From: Verrucomicrobiota bacterium
Lineage (GTDB): Bacteria > Verrucomicrobiota > Verrucomicrobiia > Opitutales > Cerasicoccaceae
DNA: 64,000 nt
Reading direction: 5' to 3'
Assembly: GCA_039818205.1 (NCBI GenBank)
Contig: JBCBUK010000002.1
Coordinates: forward strand, 320,001 to 384,000
The position numbers were made by a program, and so were the translations under genes. This document shows positions 38,831 to 49,085 of the stretch, piece by piece. Numbering within the stretch: the first letter of the stretch is position 1; each line of letters begins with the position of its first letter. The notes beneath the pieces were generated by a model. It was given only the letters and a program-made list of their open reading frames with translations, was not told the origin of the DNA and did not search any database.

Positions 38831-39838
38831 CTACTGTTGTTGCTGCTGTTGTTGCTGGATTTCTTCCGCCATATCCAACGGCTTTTGAAACATGTAAGCC
38901 TGGTAGGTTGACTCGCCAATCTCGTTGAGTCGCTCTTGGCACAGGTCTAGCCACTCGTGCATGCCGTATTTGAAGACGTCTTCCACGGATGAGTAGGTCA
39001 AGTCGGAGAGCAGTTTGCCGGACAGCTTCTCTGCCTCATTGGAATAACGACCTTGCGGACAGCCAGAGATGTTGTGCAGCCGCGCATCCAGCTCCTGCGC
39101 ACAAAAGCGGATGGACCGCGGAAAGGTTTCTGAGAAAATTAGAAAGTCTGCGACATTGCTGGGATCAATGTTGGCCAGGTAGTGGGCATGGTAGGCATCG
39201 TAGGCACTGGCGGCTCGGAGCAGAGCAACCCACTGGGTGGTGTCAATAGCTCCGCCTACGTCTTGTGGACTAGGAAGGAGAATATGGTATTTGACGTCCA
39301 ACATCCGGGTCGTCTTATCCGCACGTTCAAGGTACTTCCCGACTTGGAGGAAGTCGTAGCATTCGTCGCGGGGGAGCGTTGCCGCGGTGAGACCCTGGAA
39401 CAGTAATGATTGGGATTTGATGCGGTCGTAAAATTCGTAGGCCCCGGTGTCGAATACCTTCCGGGCATCATCGGACTTGAGAAACAGGTAGAGGTTGTTA
39501 AGTGTTTCCCAGAGCTCGGATGAAATCTGGTCGCGAACCATGCGGGCGTTCTCCCGGGCGGCCATGATGCAGCCAATAACCGAATTGGGATTGTCCCGAT
39601 TAAAGGTCATGAACTCGGTCACGGTGGTGCTGTTGGCCTCATCGTAAAGTTCGTAGAACAGATCTTCTTCTGCGGTTGAGCGGATGACCGGATCCCAGTG
39701 CTCTTTGAGCTTTACGTTGTCAAGGTCCTTGAAGTCCAGCAGGAGTTGGAGGTTGACCTCAACCAGGCGGGCGAGATTGTCCGCCCGTTCCATGGATCGG
39801 GCCATCCAGTAAAGTGAGTCAGCTACGCGAGAAAGCAT
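38831..39838 (-). CDS. Alpha-E domain protein (DUF403) with C-terminal poly-Gln
   Basis: MLSRVADSLYWMARSMERA, ARENAR, LERADKT and FPRS motifs; ends EEIQQQQQQQQ. Confidence 0.92.
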   Translation of the reverse strand: MLSRVADSLYWMARSMERADNLARLVEVNLQLLLDFKDLDNVKLKEHWDPVIRSTAEEDLFYELYDEANSTTVTEFMTFNRDNPNSVIGCIMAARENARMVRDQISSELWETLNNLYLFLKSDDARKVFDTGAYEFYDRIKSQSLLFQGLTAATLPRDECYDFLQVGKYLERADKTTRMLDVKYHILLPSPQDVGGAIDTTQWVALLRAASAYDAYHAHYLANIDPSNVADFLIFSETFPRSIRFCAQELDARLHNISGCPQGRYSNEAEKLSGKLLSDLTYSSVEDVFKYGMHEWLDLCQERLNEIGESTYQAYMFQKPLDMAEEIQQQQQQQQ

Positions 39839-39860
39839 TTCAGTAAAATGGTTTTCTGGA

Positions 39861-41312
39861 TTAATCGTTGCCGTAGAGGACCCAGGTGTCTTTTGACCCG
39901 CCTCCTTGAGATGAATTTACGACCAGTGAGCCTCGAGTCAACGCAACGCGAGTGAGACCACCCGGGATTATGTCAATGTCGTCAGGACCACCATAGAGGA
40001 TGTAGGGGCGGAAGTCAATGTGGCGCCCTTCGAACTGCTGCGAGTCTTGGCACCAGGTTGGGTGACGCGAGAGCGAGATTGGCGACTGCGCAATGAAATT
40101 TCGCGGATTGGCGATGATCGCTTGGCGGAATTTCTCGATTTCTTCTTTTTCGGCCCATGGGCCCATCAGCATGCCATAGCCACCGGCTTCGTTGGCGGCT
40201 TTGACGACGAGCTTGTCGAGATTCTTTAAAATGTAGTCGCGGTCTTTGTCCTCGGAGGCGAGATAGGTTTCGACTTGATCCAGAATCGGCTCCTGGTCGA
40301 GGTAGTATTTGATCATGCGCGGCACGAAGTAATACATGACCTTGTCGTCTGCGACACCCGTGCCAATTGAGTTGGCGAGTGCAAGGTTGCCTGCGCGGAC
40401 GGCGTTTACGAGGCCGGGTACACCGAGCAGGGAGTCTGGTCGGAACACACTTGGATCGATAAAGTCGTCATCAATCCGTCGGTATAGAACATCGACTTGG
40501 CGTAGCCCTTTGGTCGTGCGCATGTACACCTTGAAATCACGGACAAGCAGGTCTCGGCCTTCAACGATCTCGACCCCCATTTGGCGGGCCAGGAAGCAGT
40601 GCTCAAAGTAGGCGCTGTTGTAGACACCAGGTGTGAGTACACCCACGGTCGGGTTGTCCTGGCCGTGGGGGGCGATGCGTCGCAGCATCTTGAGTAGTTG
40701 CTCCGCGTAGTTTTCTACCGGCTTCACGCCGGCGCTCGGAAAGAGGTGGGGAAATGCCCGGCGCATCGCCTGGCGATTTTCGACAACATAAGAGACGCCG
40801 GAAGGGCAGCGTCCATTGTCTTCGAGCACCAGGTAGCGCCCATCCTTGTCGCGAATGAGGTCCGTGCCACAAATGTGGATGTAGATATCACGGGGGACAT
40901 CCGAGCCGACAAATTCCCGGCGGAAGTGTTTCGCCGACAGAACATAGGACGGTGGAATGACGCCGTCTTTTAAGATCTTTTGATCGTGATAAATGTCGTG
41001 CAAGAAGCAGTTCAACGCGGTGATGCGTTGCTTCAGGCCACGCTCAAGAAATTGCCATTCCTTATCGGGGATGATGCGGGGCATCAGGTCGAATGGAAAG
41101 ATGCGCTCCGTTCCCTGGTTGTCACTGTAGACCGTGAAGGTTACGCCGGCGCGTAGAAAGAGAAGGTCGACGGCTTGCTGCTTGTTCTTGAATTCGTCAA
41201 CGCTGAGGGTGCCTAGGCGCTCGAACAACTTTTGGTAATGTGGGCGGATACTGCCGTCTCCGGCAAACATTTCATCGAAGAAGCCATCGGTGGTATAAGC
41301 GCTGAGATCCAT
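39861..41312 (-). CDS. Circularly permuted type 2 ATP-grasp protein
   Basis: [37 protein letters not shown] and [15 protein letters not shown]; start moved to ATG 41312. Confidence 0.93.
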   Translation of the reverse strand: MDLSAYTTDGFFDEMFAGDGSIRPHYQKLFERLGTLSVDEFKNKQQAVDLLFLRAGVTFTVYSDNQGTERIFPFDLMPRIIPDKEWQFLERGLKQRITALNCFLHDIYHDQKILKDGVIPPSYVLSAKHFRREFVGSDVPRDIYIHICGTDLIRDKDGRYLVLEDNGRCPSGVSYVVENRQAMRRAFPHLFPSAGVKPVENYAEQLLKMLRRIAPHGQDNPTVGVLTPGVYNSAYFEHCFLARQMGVEIVEGRDLLVRDFKVYMRTTKGLRQVDVLYRRIDDDFIDPSVFRPDSLLGVPGLVNAVRAGNLALANSIGTGVADDKVMYYFVPRMIKYYLDQEPILDQVETYLASEDKDRDYILKNLDKLVVKAANEAGGYGMLMGPWAEKEEIEKFRQAIIANPRNFIAQSPISLSRHPTWCQDSQQFEGRHIDFRPYILYGGPDDIDIIPGGLTRVALTRGSLVVNSSQGGGSKDTWVLYGND

Positions 41313-41364
41313 AGTGTAGTTCGACGTTAGCAAGAAGTGTGCCCCGAGTGTGTGCTGGAGCCGC

Positions 41365-41796
41365 TTATTCCTTTATTTTAACCATAGTGTGTTCCTCGGC
41401 ATCGGTGTGAGCCGGGTCGCCTCGGTAGACAAATTTCTCAGCATCAATGGAGATTACTTTGTCCTTAATTGTTTTACCGAGCAGTGGAAATGGGATGCTG
41501 CTTTCCTTGACCACATAAATGACTCGGCCAGCTGTGACGGTCCAGTTCCCTTTGAAGCTGGCGTCGACTGGTTCGTCGTTGCCTTCGACATCCAGGGTTC
41601 CGACGTAAACGCCGTCTTGTAAAAATTCATTGGTTGCGACCATTCCAGGGGCAACGGTTTCATTCCATTTGCCCATTAGTCGCTCCGCGATTTCCTGGTC
41701 AGTTAGTTCGTGGCCGATTGTATCGTCAGCCAGTGCGTTAACGCAGAAAAGGACTAAAGCCGCGAAAAGCGGAAGAATTTTCTGATGAATGTTCAT
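41365..41796 (-). CDS. Secreted hypothetical protein (lipocalin-like beta-barrel)
   Basis: Signal peptide; LMGKW...F..DG...GNW pattern; start moved to ATG 41796. Confidence 0.6.
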   Translation of the reverse strand: MNIHQKILPLFAALVLFCVNALADDTIGHELTDQEIAERLMGKWNETVAPGMVATNEFLQDGVYVGTLDVEGNDEPVDASFKGNWTVTAGRVIYVVKESSIPFPLLGKTIKDKVISIDAEKFVYRGDPAHTDAEEHTMVKIKE

Positions 41797-41816
41797 GGCT
41801 CCAGAAACCAATATGC

Positions 41817-42836
41817 TTAATAGCTTTCGTCGTTCAGTTTTACCTTCCCTCGGAAAATATAATAGACACAGGCGGTGTAGGTTAGCACGATGGGCACGCC
41901 AATCAACGCGACCCAAAGCATGAAGTGCAAGGTCTTGTCTGTGGACGAGCCATTGTAGATCGTTAGGCTATTGGCCGCGTCGGGGCTGGAGAAAACCATG
42001 TTCGGGTAGACGCCCACACCAAAGAGCATCATCAGGAATGCCATCTGCAAACAGGAGAAAAAGAATGCCCGTGATTCCCGACCTTTGTGGATTTCGCGGG
42101 GAATCGCCCCAACCGCGAGAACGGAAAGAACGGCGAGCACGGTAAGAATTGGGCCACGTTCAGCAATGGCCGATTCGATATGCTCGCAGGCATAGATGGT
42201 CCAGAAATTGAAGATCAGGAAGCAGATAACATAAATTGGAATCGTGATCTTGATCCAACGCCGCAGCCGCGCCTGGAGTTCGCCCTCCGTCTTAAGAATC
42301 AGGTAAATGTTACCGTGCATGGCGAACAGGGCGACGGTGGTGATTCCCAAGAACACCGAATAGGGATGGATCAATGTCAGCAAGCCGCCCGTATATTCGA
42401 ATTGTCTGTCCAGCGGAATCCCCCAGGTGATGTTACCCATGGCGACACCGATTAGGAACGCCGACAGGAAGCTGCCTCCAGCAAACGCGCGGTCCCAGGT
42501 CTGCCGCCAAATCTTGAATTTCAATTTGCTGCGAAACTCGATGGAGACGGCTCGGAAGATGAGCCCAAACAGCAAAAGCATGAATGGGACGTAGAAGCCG
42601 GAAAACACCGTGGCGTATACTTCTGGGAATGCCGCAAACAGCGCACCCCCACCGGTAACCAACCAGACTTCGTTACCATCCCAAACGGGACCAATCGCGT
42701 TCATACAGAGGCGTCGATCTTGATCGTCTTTGTTGAACAGGTGGAGAATGCCAACCCCGAGGTCAAAGCCGTCCAGCATGACGTAGCCAGTAAACAAGAT
42801 ACCGACGAGAATGAACCATATCGTGTTTAAATCCAT
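41817..42836 (-). CDS. cydB: Cytochrome bd ubiquinol oxidase subunit II
   Basis: LDGFDLGVG, IGPVWDGNEVWL and FRAVSIEFR motifs. Confidence 0.96.
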   Translation of the reverse strand: MDLNTIWFILVGILFTGYVMLDGFDLGVGILHLFNKDDQDRRLCMNAIGPVWDGNEVWLVTGGGALFAAFPEVYATVFSGFYVPFMLLLFGLIFRAVSIEFRSKLKFKIWRQTWDRAFAGGSFLSAFLIGVAMGNITWGIPLDRQFEYTGGLLTLIHPYSVFLGITTVALFAMHGNIYLILKTEGELQARLRRWIKITIPIYVICFLIFNFWTIYACEHIESAIAERGPILTVLAVLSVLAVGAIPREIHKGRESRAFFFSCLQMAFLMMLFGVGVYPNMVFSSPDAANSLTIYNGSSTDKTLHFMLWVALIGVPIVLTYTACVYYIFRGKVKLNDESY

Positions 42837-42842
42837 GATAGT

Positions 42843-44525
42843 TTATTCCTTATCGGAGTTCTCGTCGACGGTGGATGGGTCTGAGTCTGCAGGGAGAGCA
42901 GCGCTGGTCTGGCGACTGCCTTTTAGAGCCATCGGGCGCCACTTCTCGGGCAGAATCTCGATCGACTCATCGTCCTTTGGGCCGTGGTAGATCTTCGTGC
43001 TCAGCGTGACCACAAAGACCATAAACAGAAGCGAGTAGATCAGGAAGAACATGATGAGTGAGAACAGCACCTGCTCGGCCTTCACGGCTCGGGAAAGACC
43101 TTCACTGGTTTTCAAAATCTCGTAGACCACCCACGGTTGGCGACCCATTTCCGCTGTAAACCACCCGGCTTGGTTGGCGATCTGCGGCATGAATACCGAT
43201 GCAATCAATATCCAGAAGAACCACTTGATCCATTTTATATCGGTGCGGAAAAGGTAGCCAGTCTTCCAGAGGGTGACTCCGATGAGAGAGATGCCGATCA
43301 GGCCCATGCCCATAAAGATCATGAGATGGTAGGTTTGGAAAACCACTGGAACAATTGGCCAATACTGCGGGCGAATGATCTTTAACTCTTCGTCGGTCAC
43401 GTGCTCCCCATATCGTTCGCGCAGGAATTCATCGCTCGGGAGTTGGTCGAGGCCCTTGACCTTGGTATTGCTCGCTTCGATTGGATTCGTGAAGTCGCCA
43501 TCAACCAAAATACTGAGCAGGCCTTTGATCTTCACCGAATATTCTTTGATGCCGATGATGTTGCCGTCTTCATCCTTGTCCCACATGACAATGCCAAAAA
43601 GCCCGAGCGGTGCCTGCGTGGTGGTTTGGGAGAGGCCCTCAATGGCGGCCAGTTTGGTTGGTTGATTCTCGGCGACACCTCGCGCGGTCGAATCCGCACT
43701 CCACAGTTGCAGGAGGGAGGCGACCGCTCCAACACCAAGCCCAAATTTCAGCGAAGTCTGAGCGAACTTCGTGTGGCGCTTTGTCAGAATATAGAACGCA
43801 CTGATACTGACTACCAGGAAGGCGCCGGTGAGCCAACAGCCAATGATCGTGTGGGTCAGGCGGTCCAGCGATGACGGGTTGAAGCACATTTCCCAAAAGC
43901 TGTCGATGACCGCGCGGATGGAGTCGAGGTCCTCTTCGCGCAGGATGTAGCCTTCGGGGAGCGGGACTTCTTTGATTTCAAAGGGTGTGTCGCCGAGGTC
44001 GGCGCTGTAGGGATGCTCCTTGCCGTCAGCGGTGACCTTAACCTTCTTGGCCAGGTGGAAACCGGTGGGAGTCTGCATCCAGGAATTCGCCACGAGAATC
44101 CAGACGGCCGAGAAGTGAGCTCCGAGACAGACCATGCAGGTGGCAAAAAAGTGCGTGCGAGGTCCGACCTTATCCCAGCCGAACAGCAGAATCGCAAGGA
44201 ATCCGGATTCAAGGAAGAAGGCGTAGATCCCCTCAATGGCCAGGGGACTCCCGAAGACATCCCCAACAAATCGCGAATAGGTCGCCCAGTTCGTCCCGAA
44301 CTCGAACTCCATGACGATGCCCGTGGCGACACCGATGGCGAAGCTGATCGCGAAAACACGCGTCCAAAAACGCGCCATATTGTGGTAGATGGGGTTGCGG
44401 GTCTTCAACCAGAAGGCCTGCATTAATACCAGCTGCAAACCCAAGCCGATACTGATCGGTGGGTAAATGTAGTGGAACGCAACCGTGAAGGCGAATTGGA
44501 TTCGCGAAAGAATTTCGACATCCAT
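42843..44525 (-). CDS. cydA: Cytochrome bd ubiquinol oxidase subunit I
   Basis: [40 protein letters not shown] and EMGRQPW motifs. Confidence 0.96.
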   Translation of the reverse strand: MDVEILSRIQFAFTVAFHYIYPPISIGLGLQLVLMQAFWLKTRNPIYHNMARFWTRVFAISFAIGVATGIVMEFEFGTNWATYSRFVGDVFGSPLAIEGIYAFFLESGFLAILLFGWDKVGPRTHFFATCMVCLGAHFSAVWILVANSWMQTPTGFHLAKKVKVTADGKEHPYSADLGDTPFEIKEVPLPEGYILREEDLDSIRAVIDSFWEMCFNPSSLDRLTHTIIGCWLTGAFLVVSISAFYILTKRHTKFAQTSLKFGLGVGAVASLLQLWSADSTARGVAENQPTKLAAIEGLSQTTTQAPLGLFGIVMWDKDEDGNIIGIKEYSVKIKGLLSILVDGDFTNPIEASNTKVKGLDQLPSDEFLRERYGEHVTDEELKIIRPQYWPIVPVVFQTYHLMIFMGMGLIGISLIGVTLWKTGYLFRTDIKWIKWFFWILIASVFMPQIANQAGWFTAEMGRQPWVVYEILKTSEGLSRAVKAEQVLFSLIMFFLIYSLLFMVFVVTLSTKIYHGPKDDESIEILPEKWRPMALKGSRQTSAALPADSDPSTVDENSDKE

Positions 44526-44685
44526 GCAGACTCGTTATTAAAGGCCGTTTTATGCGGATGACACGCCAAAAGCGTTTTTTTTTATGACGATCGCGTGACA
44601 GCTGATTGATAATTAGCGATCGTTGTGATTGCCATTAAAGAAAACGTCGACTTTCGCCTCAACATTGCAGGAAGCTATCGGGCGT

Positions 44686-45450
44686 ATGAGTCACGAATCC
44701 GAATATCTTCAGATTGCAGAACGCGCCGCTCGAGCCGCCGGAGCCATTCTCTTTGAGGGAGCTGGCCTACGTGTGGTCAACTTTCAGGACGCTAAGGATG
44801 TCAAATTGAAGGCGGATGTGGAATCTGAGGCGCTGATTCGCGAGTTGCTCAGCCAAGAAACCGGGCTTCCCATCGTGGGTGAAGAAGAAGGCGGTGATGA
44901 GTCGCTGCCCGGGAAGGACGAACTCTATTGGGTCGTGGATCCACTTGATGGAACCTACAACTACCTGCGCAGTGTTCCTTGTTGCTGTGTTAGCATCGGG
45001 TTGATGCGAGGGTTGGAACCCGTATTGGGCGTGATCTACGATTTCAATACCGATGAAATGTTTTCTGGCTCGGCGCCGGGCTCGTTGACCTGCAACGGCG
45101 AGCCCGTTGAACCGTGGTGGCCGGAGAGTATTGAGCATGCGGTGCTGGTCACTGGTTTTCCGTCCGGACGGGATTATTCCACTGAGGCCTTGGCGGAAAC
45201 GTTTCGCGATATTCAACGCTTCCAGAAGGTTCGAATGATTGGCAGTGCGGCGATTGCACTGGCCTATGTAGCCGTTGGGCGATTCGACGCCTACCGCGAG
45301 GAGTCCATTCGCCTATGGGACATTGCTGGCGGCATGGCCTTGGCCGTGGCGGCGGGAGCCAAGTTTACCATCACCCCTTCCAATAATGGGAAGGCATTCG
45401 CCTACGACATTTGGGTCACGGGTCGACCTGAATGGCAACCGGCTCGATAA
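44686..45450 (+). CDS. Inositol monophosphatase family protein (SuhB-like)
   Basis: GEEE, WVVDPLDGTYNY, IGSAA and WDIAGG motifs; start moved to ATG 44686. Confidence 0.9.
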   Translation: MSHESEYLQIAERAARAAGAILFEGAGLRVVNFQDAKDVKLKADVESEALIRELLSQETGLPIVGEEEGGDESLPGKDELYWVVDPLDGTYNYLRSVPCCCVSIGLMRGLEPVLGVIYDFNTDEMFSGSAPGSLTCNGEPVEPWWPESIEHAVLVTGFPSGRDYSTEALAETFRDIQRFQKVRMIGSAAIALAYVAVGRFDAYREESIRLWDIAGGMALAVAAGAKFTITPSNNGKAFAYDIWVTGRPEWQPAR

Positions 45451-45543
45451 GCGATTCTGATCGGCTGTTGGGTAATTCTAATTGTTGGATTCTGAGCTAT
45501 TTTTCCTTGAATGATTGGGATGTTGTACTCATGAATGTGCGCA

Positions 45544-46224
45544 ATGTCTAAGTATTACAAAGTATTGATGATGTTGTGCGCGCTTGGTCTTGGGGGGGCG
45601 GTTTTCGGGTCTGATGACCTGGTTACCTTGCGCAACTTCGAAGGTAGGGAGATCCAATGCAGTATTGTTGGCTGTAGCAATGGAATGGTTTCACTGAAGC
45701 GCCAAGATGGTATGGCGTTCAAGTATCCCATGGAAGATTTGGACGAGGCGTCGAAGCAGGTTGTTGTGCGGTCAGTTCAACAGAACTTCGTCGCGAGTAT
45801 AGAGGTCAAGTCGATTAAGACCTCCAGTCGGGTTACCAAATCCTATTCATCTGGCAATGAATATCGCCACGGAACCAAGAACCGTGAGTTCGAGGTTAAG
45901 GTGAAGACATTTGCCCCCTTCAAAACCAAGGTCATTGCTGACTGTTTCTTCTACAAGGGCTCAAAATGGGGTCGGAAGAAAATTGAGGGGTACGTCAAAG
46001 ATGACATCATCTGGAAATTTGAAGTGGGCGATTCTACCAGTTGGCGTGAAGTTCACCTTGGCGGCGCCTACAAAACTGGTCGTGCGACGGACTACAGGAC
46101 CGGAAGCGCCAGAATCGACCTCGTGATCTATTTGCGAAAAGAAAACGGCGAGATCATCGATAGTTACACGACCAGCCGCTTCGCGGAACAGGAGATTGAG
46201 GAAAAAGTGCTGGCGAATGAATGA
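45544..46224 (+). CDS. Secreted hypothetical protein with an SHD1-like N-terminal domain
   Basis: Signal peptide, then RNFEGREIQC..VSLKRQDG..F.YPMEDLDEAS pattern typical of PVC SHD1 domains. Confidence 0.6.
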   Translation: MSKYYKVLMMLCALGLGGAVFGSDDLVTLRNFEGREIQCSIVGCSNGMVSLKRQDGMAFKYPMEDLDEASKQVVVRSVQQNFVASIEVKSIKTSSRVTKSYSSGNEYRHGTKNREFEVKVKTFAPFKTKVIADCFFYKGSKWGRKKIEGYVKDDIIWKFEVGDSTSWREVHLGGAYKTGRATDYRTGSARIDLVIYLRKENGEIIDSYTTSRFAEQEIEEKVLANE

Positions 46225-46230
46225 CCGGCC

Positions 46231-46836
46231 TCAAGGCTGGACGGCCATTCCTTTGACGACGCCGCTGAGGGCGGTGAATTTCTCCGGCGTGAAGGCGCCG
46301 GTTTCACGGTAGACGATTTCCTTGTTCGCATTGAGGACAAACAGGTGAATGTTATCCGCCGAAGAAATGCCCGTTAGCTGCATGAACTTCTCGCGGTCGG
46401 TATAGACTGTGATCGTGCGTGAGCGGCTTGTCTCACCGGGGATTCCCGAACGCATACCGTTGTTGATCCAGAAACGTTCCATCATGCTGACTTCATAGAT
46501 GACCGGGAGCTCGTAGAAGCGGAATCGTGGAGTGTTGCGCTCTAATTCTTCGAGCGGTGGTAGCCAGGGATTGATCACTTCCTGTTGTTCCCGCTTGAAG
46601 GCGATGATGACCACGACAGGTTGTCCCATTAACTGGTTGGGGATCTGGATGATCTGCCCAAGCAGGTTGATACCCTCAACGCCTGGAAAAGCATTGCTGG
46701 ATGCACCAGTGGCTACGGGTGCTGAATTGTTTCCGGGCGAAATGCAGCCACCCGATACCAGCAGGAGTCCGAGGCTGATAGCGCAGATAGCTGAAACAAT
46801 GCTACCACGAAACGGTGTGAAAATTGGCGTAAACAT
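46231..46836 (-). CDS. Lipoprotein, thioredoxin-like fold (ATP10-like)
   Basis: SGGC lipobox-like motif, FPGVEGINL.G, YELPVI, INNGMRSGIP and RTITVY. Confidence 0.6.
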   Translation of the reverse strand: MFTPIFTPFRGSIVSAICAISLGLLLVSGGCISPGNNSAPVATGASSNAFPGVEGINLLGQIIQIPNQLMGQPVVVIIAFKREQQEVINPWLPPLEELERNTPRFRFYELPVIYEVSMMERFWINNGMRSGIPGETSRSRTITVYTDREKFMQLTGISSADNIHLFVLNANKEIVYRETGAFTPEKFTALSGVVKGMAVQP

Positions 46837-46931
46837 TAGGTAGCATTTTTAAGAATTGCATCCGGATGGCAAGTCACTGGAAAATTTTTACATCGGTTTT
46901 TCCAAAGCGAATATCGTTGGATTCGCCCGCG

Positions 46932-47444
46932 TTAGCCGTCCCAAATGTTTCGGCCAAATGCTGAGTTCACGAACGCGTAGATGGTGTAGACCGCTTCGGG
47001 ATCTGCCTTCGGCTTTTCTGAATCGAGGTAGCCATTCGTCATCAAGGTCCACATGGCTTCCGCAAATGTGAGGTTAACATCCTCGAATGACTTATTATTC
47101 AAGCCGCGGTGGTGAGCTTCAAATTCCCAGTCGTGCAACAGGTGCGCTGGACCATAGTCCCACGGCGAGAATCCCGGAATTGGCCAGATGAGGCGTGGAA
47201 TGCTGGCCCCATCGGTGGTCATTGCACCGAGGGTGACCGACTCGATGACGTTGCCAGCGGCGTCTTTGCGGTGGAAGGTTAGCGGATCGGCTGCATCGGG
47301 ATGATACATGAAATCATTCGGCCCAATCCAGCGGAGGCCAAAGCGTCCGGTGAATTCACCGAGGTTTAGCTGCTCGACGAATTCGCTGTGGCGACGGTCG
47401 ATGCGGTTTTGAATACGTTTGCGAGTGTGGCGGCTTGTTGGCAT
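46932..47444 (-). CDS. DUF1353 family protein
   Basis: TDGASIPR..W...PW..AHLLHDW motif; start codon uncertain. Confidence 0.72.
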   Translation of the reverse strand: MPTSRHTRKRIQNRIDRRHSEFVEQLNLGEFTGRFGLRWIGPNDFMYHPDAADPLTFHRKDAAGNVIESVTLGAMTTDGASIPRLIWPIPGFSPWDYGPAHLLHDWEFEAHHRGLNNKSFEDVNLTFAEAMWTLMTNGYLDSEKPKADPEAVYTIYAFVNSAFGRNIWDG

Positions 47445-47509
47445 GCTCAATTCCTAATAAAGTCTAATATCTTTGTCTAGAATTGGTTTTGGAGGCTCTT
47501 AGTTGTTAT

Positions 47510-47588
47510 TCCGCTAATAATATAGAGGACATTGGGGTGGCGTGTTACCTGTTTTCCTGCATGCAGAAGCGAGATGCCCGGATGTTGG
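47510..47588 (+). repeat. Left 79-bp inverted repeat
   Basis: TCCGCTAATAATATAGAGGACATTGGGGTGGCGTGTTACC...GAGATGCCCGGATGTTGG. Confidence 0.92.
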
Positions 47589-47662
47589 GGCAGCAGGCTC
47601 AGGAAGAGGTACACCGTCGGACTGTTAAGTTGTTGAACGCGGGACACACGCGTGTTTCTGTC
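47561..47662 (+). pseudogene. IS630-family transposase N-terminal fragment
   Basis: MQKRDARMLGQQAQEEVHRRTVKLLNAG resembles the DAR.L...AQ.E.RRR N-terminus of IS630 transposases; no DDE domain follows. Confidence 0.65.
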
Positions 47663-48100
47663 CCTGAGCGTAGGAGCAAGAGACTCTTTTCGGGCGAGCC
47701 GAAAAAATCTTTACGCAATGCGTCAGAAACGAAGCACAGAAGAACAGTAAGATGCCTTCCATGAATATCCTAACTAAGAATCCAAAGTTACTTGGTAGTA
47801 CGTTCCACTTGGAACATCCGACAAAATAGGTTGACTTGCTTCCCCAATCAGCATTTCCGTGCAGACTGTTGTCAAAGCGCTTCCATGCTTATTGGAAATA
47901 AAAGATTTGCGGACAATGAGTTCAGGTAGGTTCATGAGTTTAAATGCCGTGCTAAGCCATGAGCGGTTAACTATAAACCAATCCGCAATGGCTCGATTGT
48001 GCATACACTACACGGGAAAATTTGATCGCAGATCACGGTCGAAAATTGCAAATTAGTTTATCACTAAATAAAGACTTCCAGAGGAGCCCAACCCAAATGA

Positions 48101-48949
48101 ATGAGTATGAAGCAAATAGTTAAACGTTTGATGCCGTCGTTCGCCAAGGAACTCGTTCGCGCAAAACTTGATAAAATGCGCTTTGATGCGCTACCGTCGA
48201 AGAGCTGCCAAGTAGACAATTTGCGTCATGTGCAAGACCTGTCTGTGAATTCCATATTTGATTCTCAAAGCCTGGAAGGGTTCTGGTCGGAGTCTGAGAA
48301 AGCCATTGGGCAATTTGGAATTCCTGATAGCACAGGTGGCGTCAACCCAGGCGATAGGCGAGCGGTATACTACCTAATCAGTTCACTAAAGCCGACGTCC
48401 GTGCTAGAATTTGGTACTCATATCGGCTCCTCAACCATACACATCGCGGCCGCGATGAGCCGCTACTTGCCAGAGAAGCCAGAAGCCAAAATCACCACAG
48501 TCGACATCGTTGATGTCAATTCGGATACGGATAAGCATTGGCTAAAACACGAGGCGCATCACTCACCGGTTGGCATGGTAGAAGCGTTAGGCTACGGATC
48601 CCACGTTGAGTTTATTACCGCGGACTCAGTCGATTACGCAACGAACTGTCAGAATAGCTATGATTTCATTTTTCTGGATGGTGACCATGCCCCCTCAGCC
48701 GTTTACCAGGAAATCCCGTTAGCTTGTCGCATGCTGCGACCCAACGGCGTTATTCTGCTTCACGACTACTTTCCCGGTATGAAACCCTTATGGAACGATG
48801 GTTCGGCCCTCCCCGGTCCCTATATGGCTGTCGAGAGACTTCGCAAAGAAGGACTCAAAGTCGAAGCATTGCCACTGGGCGAGCTTCCTTGGCCAACCAA
48901 AAGAGAATCAAACGTAACCAGCCTGGCATTGTTGCTTAGGAACGATTAA
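48101..48949 (+). CDS. Class I SAM-dependent methyltransferase (Methyltransf_24-like)
   Basis: VLEFGTHIGSS, TVDIVD, YDFIFLDGDH and LRPNGVILLHD motifs. Confidence 0.85.
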   Translation: MSMKQIVKRLMPSFAKELVRAKLDKMRFDALPSKSCQVDNLRHVQDLSVNSIFDSQSLEGFWSESEKAIGQFGIPDSTGGVNPGDRRAVYYLISSLKPTSVLEFGTHIGSSTIHIAAAMSRYLPEKPEAKITTVDIVDVNSDTDKHWLKHEAHHSPVGMVEALGYGSHVEFITADSVDYATNCQNSYDFIFLDGDHAPSAVYQEIPLACRMLRPNGVILLHDYFPGMKPLWNDGSALPGPYMAVERLRKEGLKVEALPLGELPWPTKRESNVTSLALLLRND

Positions 48950-48978
48950 TTTCCCTTGGCCTAACTACGCAAACTGAT

Positions 48979-49057
48979 CCAACATCTGGGCATCTCGCTT
49001 CTGCATGCAGGAAAATAGGTAACATGCCACCCCAATGTCCTCTATACTATTAGCGGA
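48979..49057 (-). repeat. Right 79-bp inverted repeat
   Basis: Reverse complement of 47510-47588 with 4 transition mismatches. Confidence 0.92.
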
Positions 49058-49085
49058 CTGATAATGCCGATCTGAAACGGTCGGC

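Larger units (their letters stand above)
47510..49057. mobile_element. Non-autonomous cassette bounded by two inverted copies of an IS630-like left end, carrying a methyltransferase gene
   Basis: 47510-47588 and the reverse complement of 48979-49057 match at 75 of 79 positions; both include the start of a transposase-like ORF; the interior is AT-richer than the flanks. Confidence 0.7.

Noticed and set aside
44526..44685. GbsR-type, FNR or Rex site controlling cydAB
   Set aside because: No match to the TTTTCRG-N6-YYGAAAA operator and only half-site matches to FNR/Rex boxes
47774..48056. Short ORFs on both strands inside the IS-bounded cassette
   Set aside because: No motifs; probably gene remnants or chance ORFs
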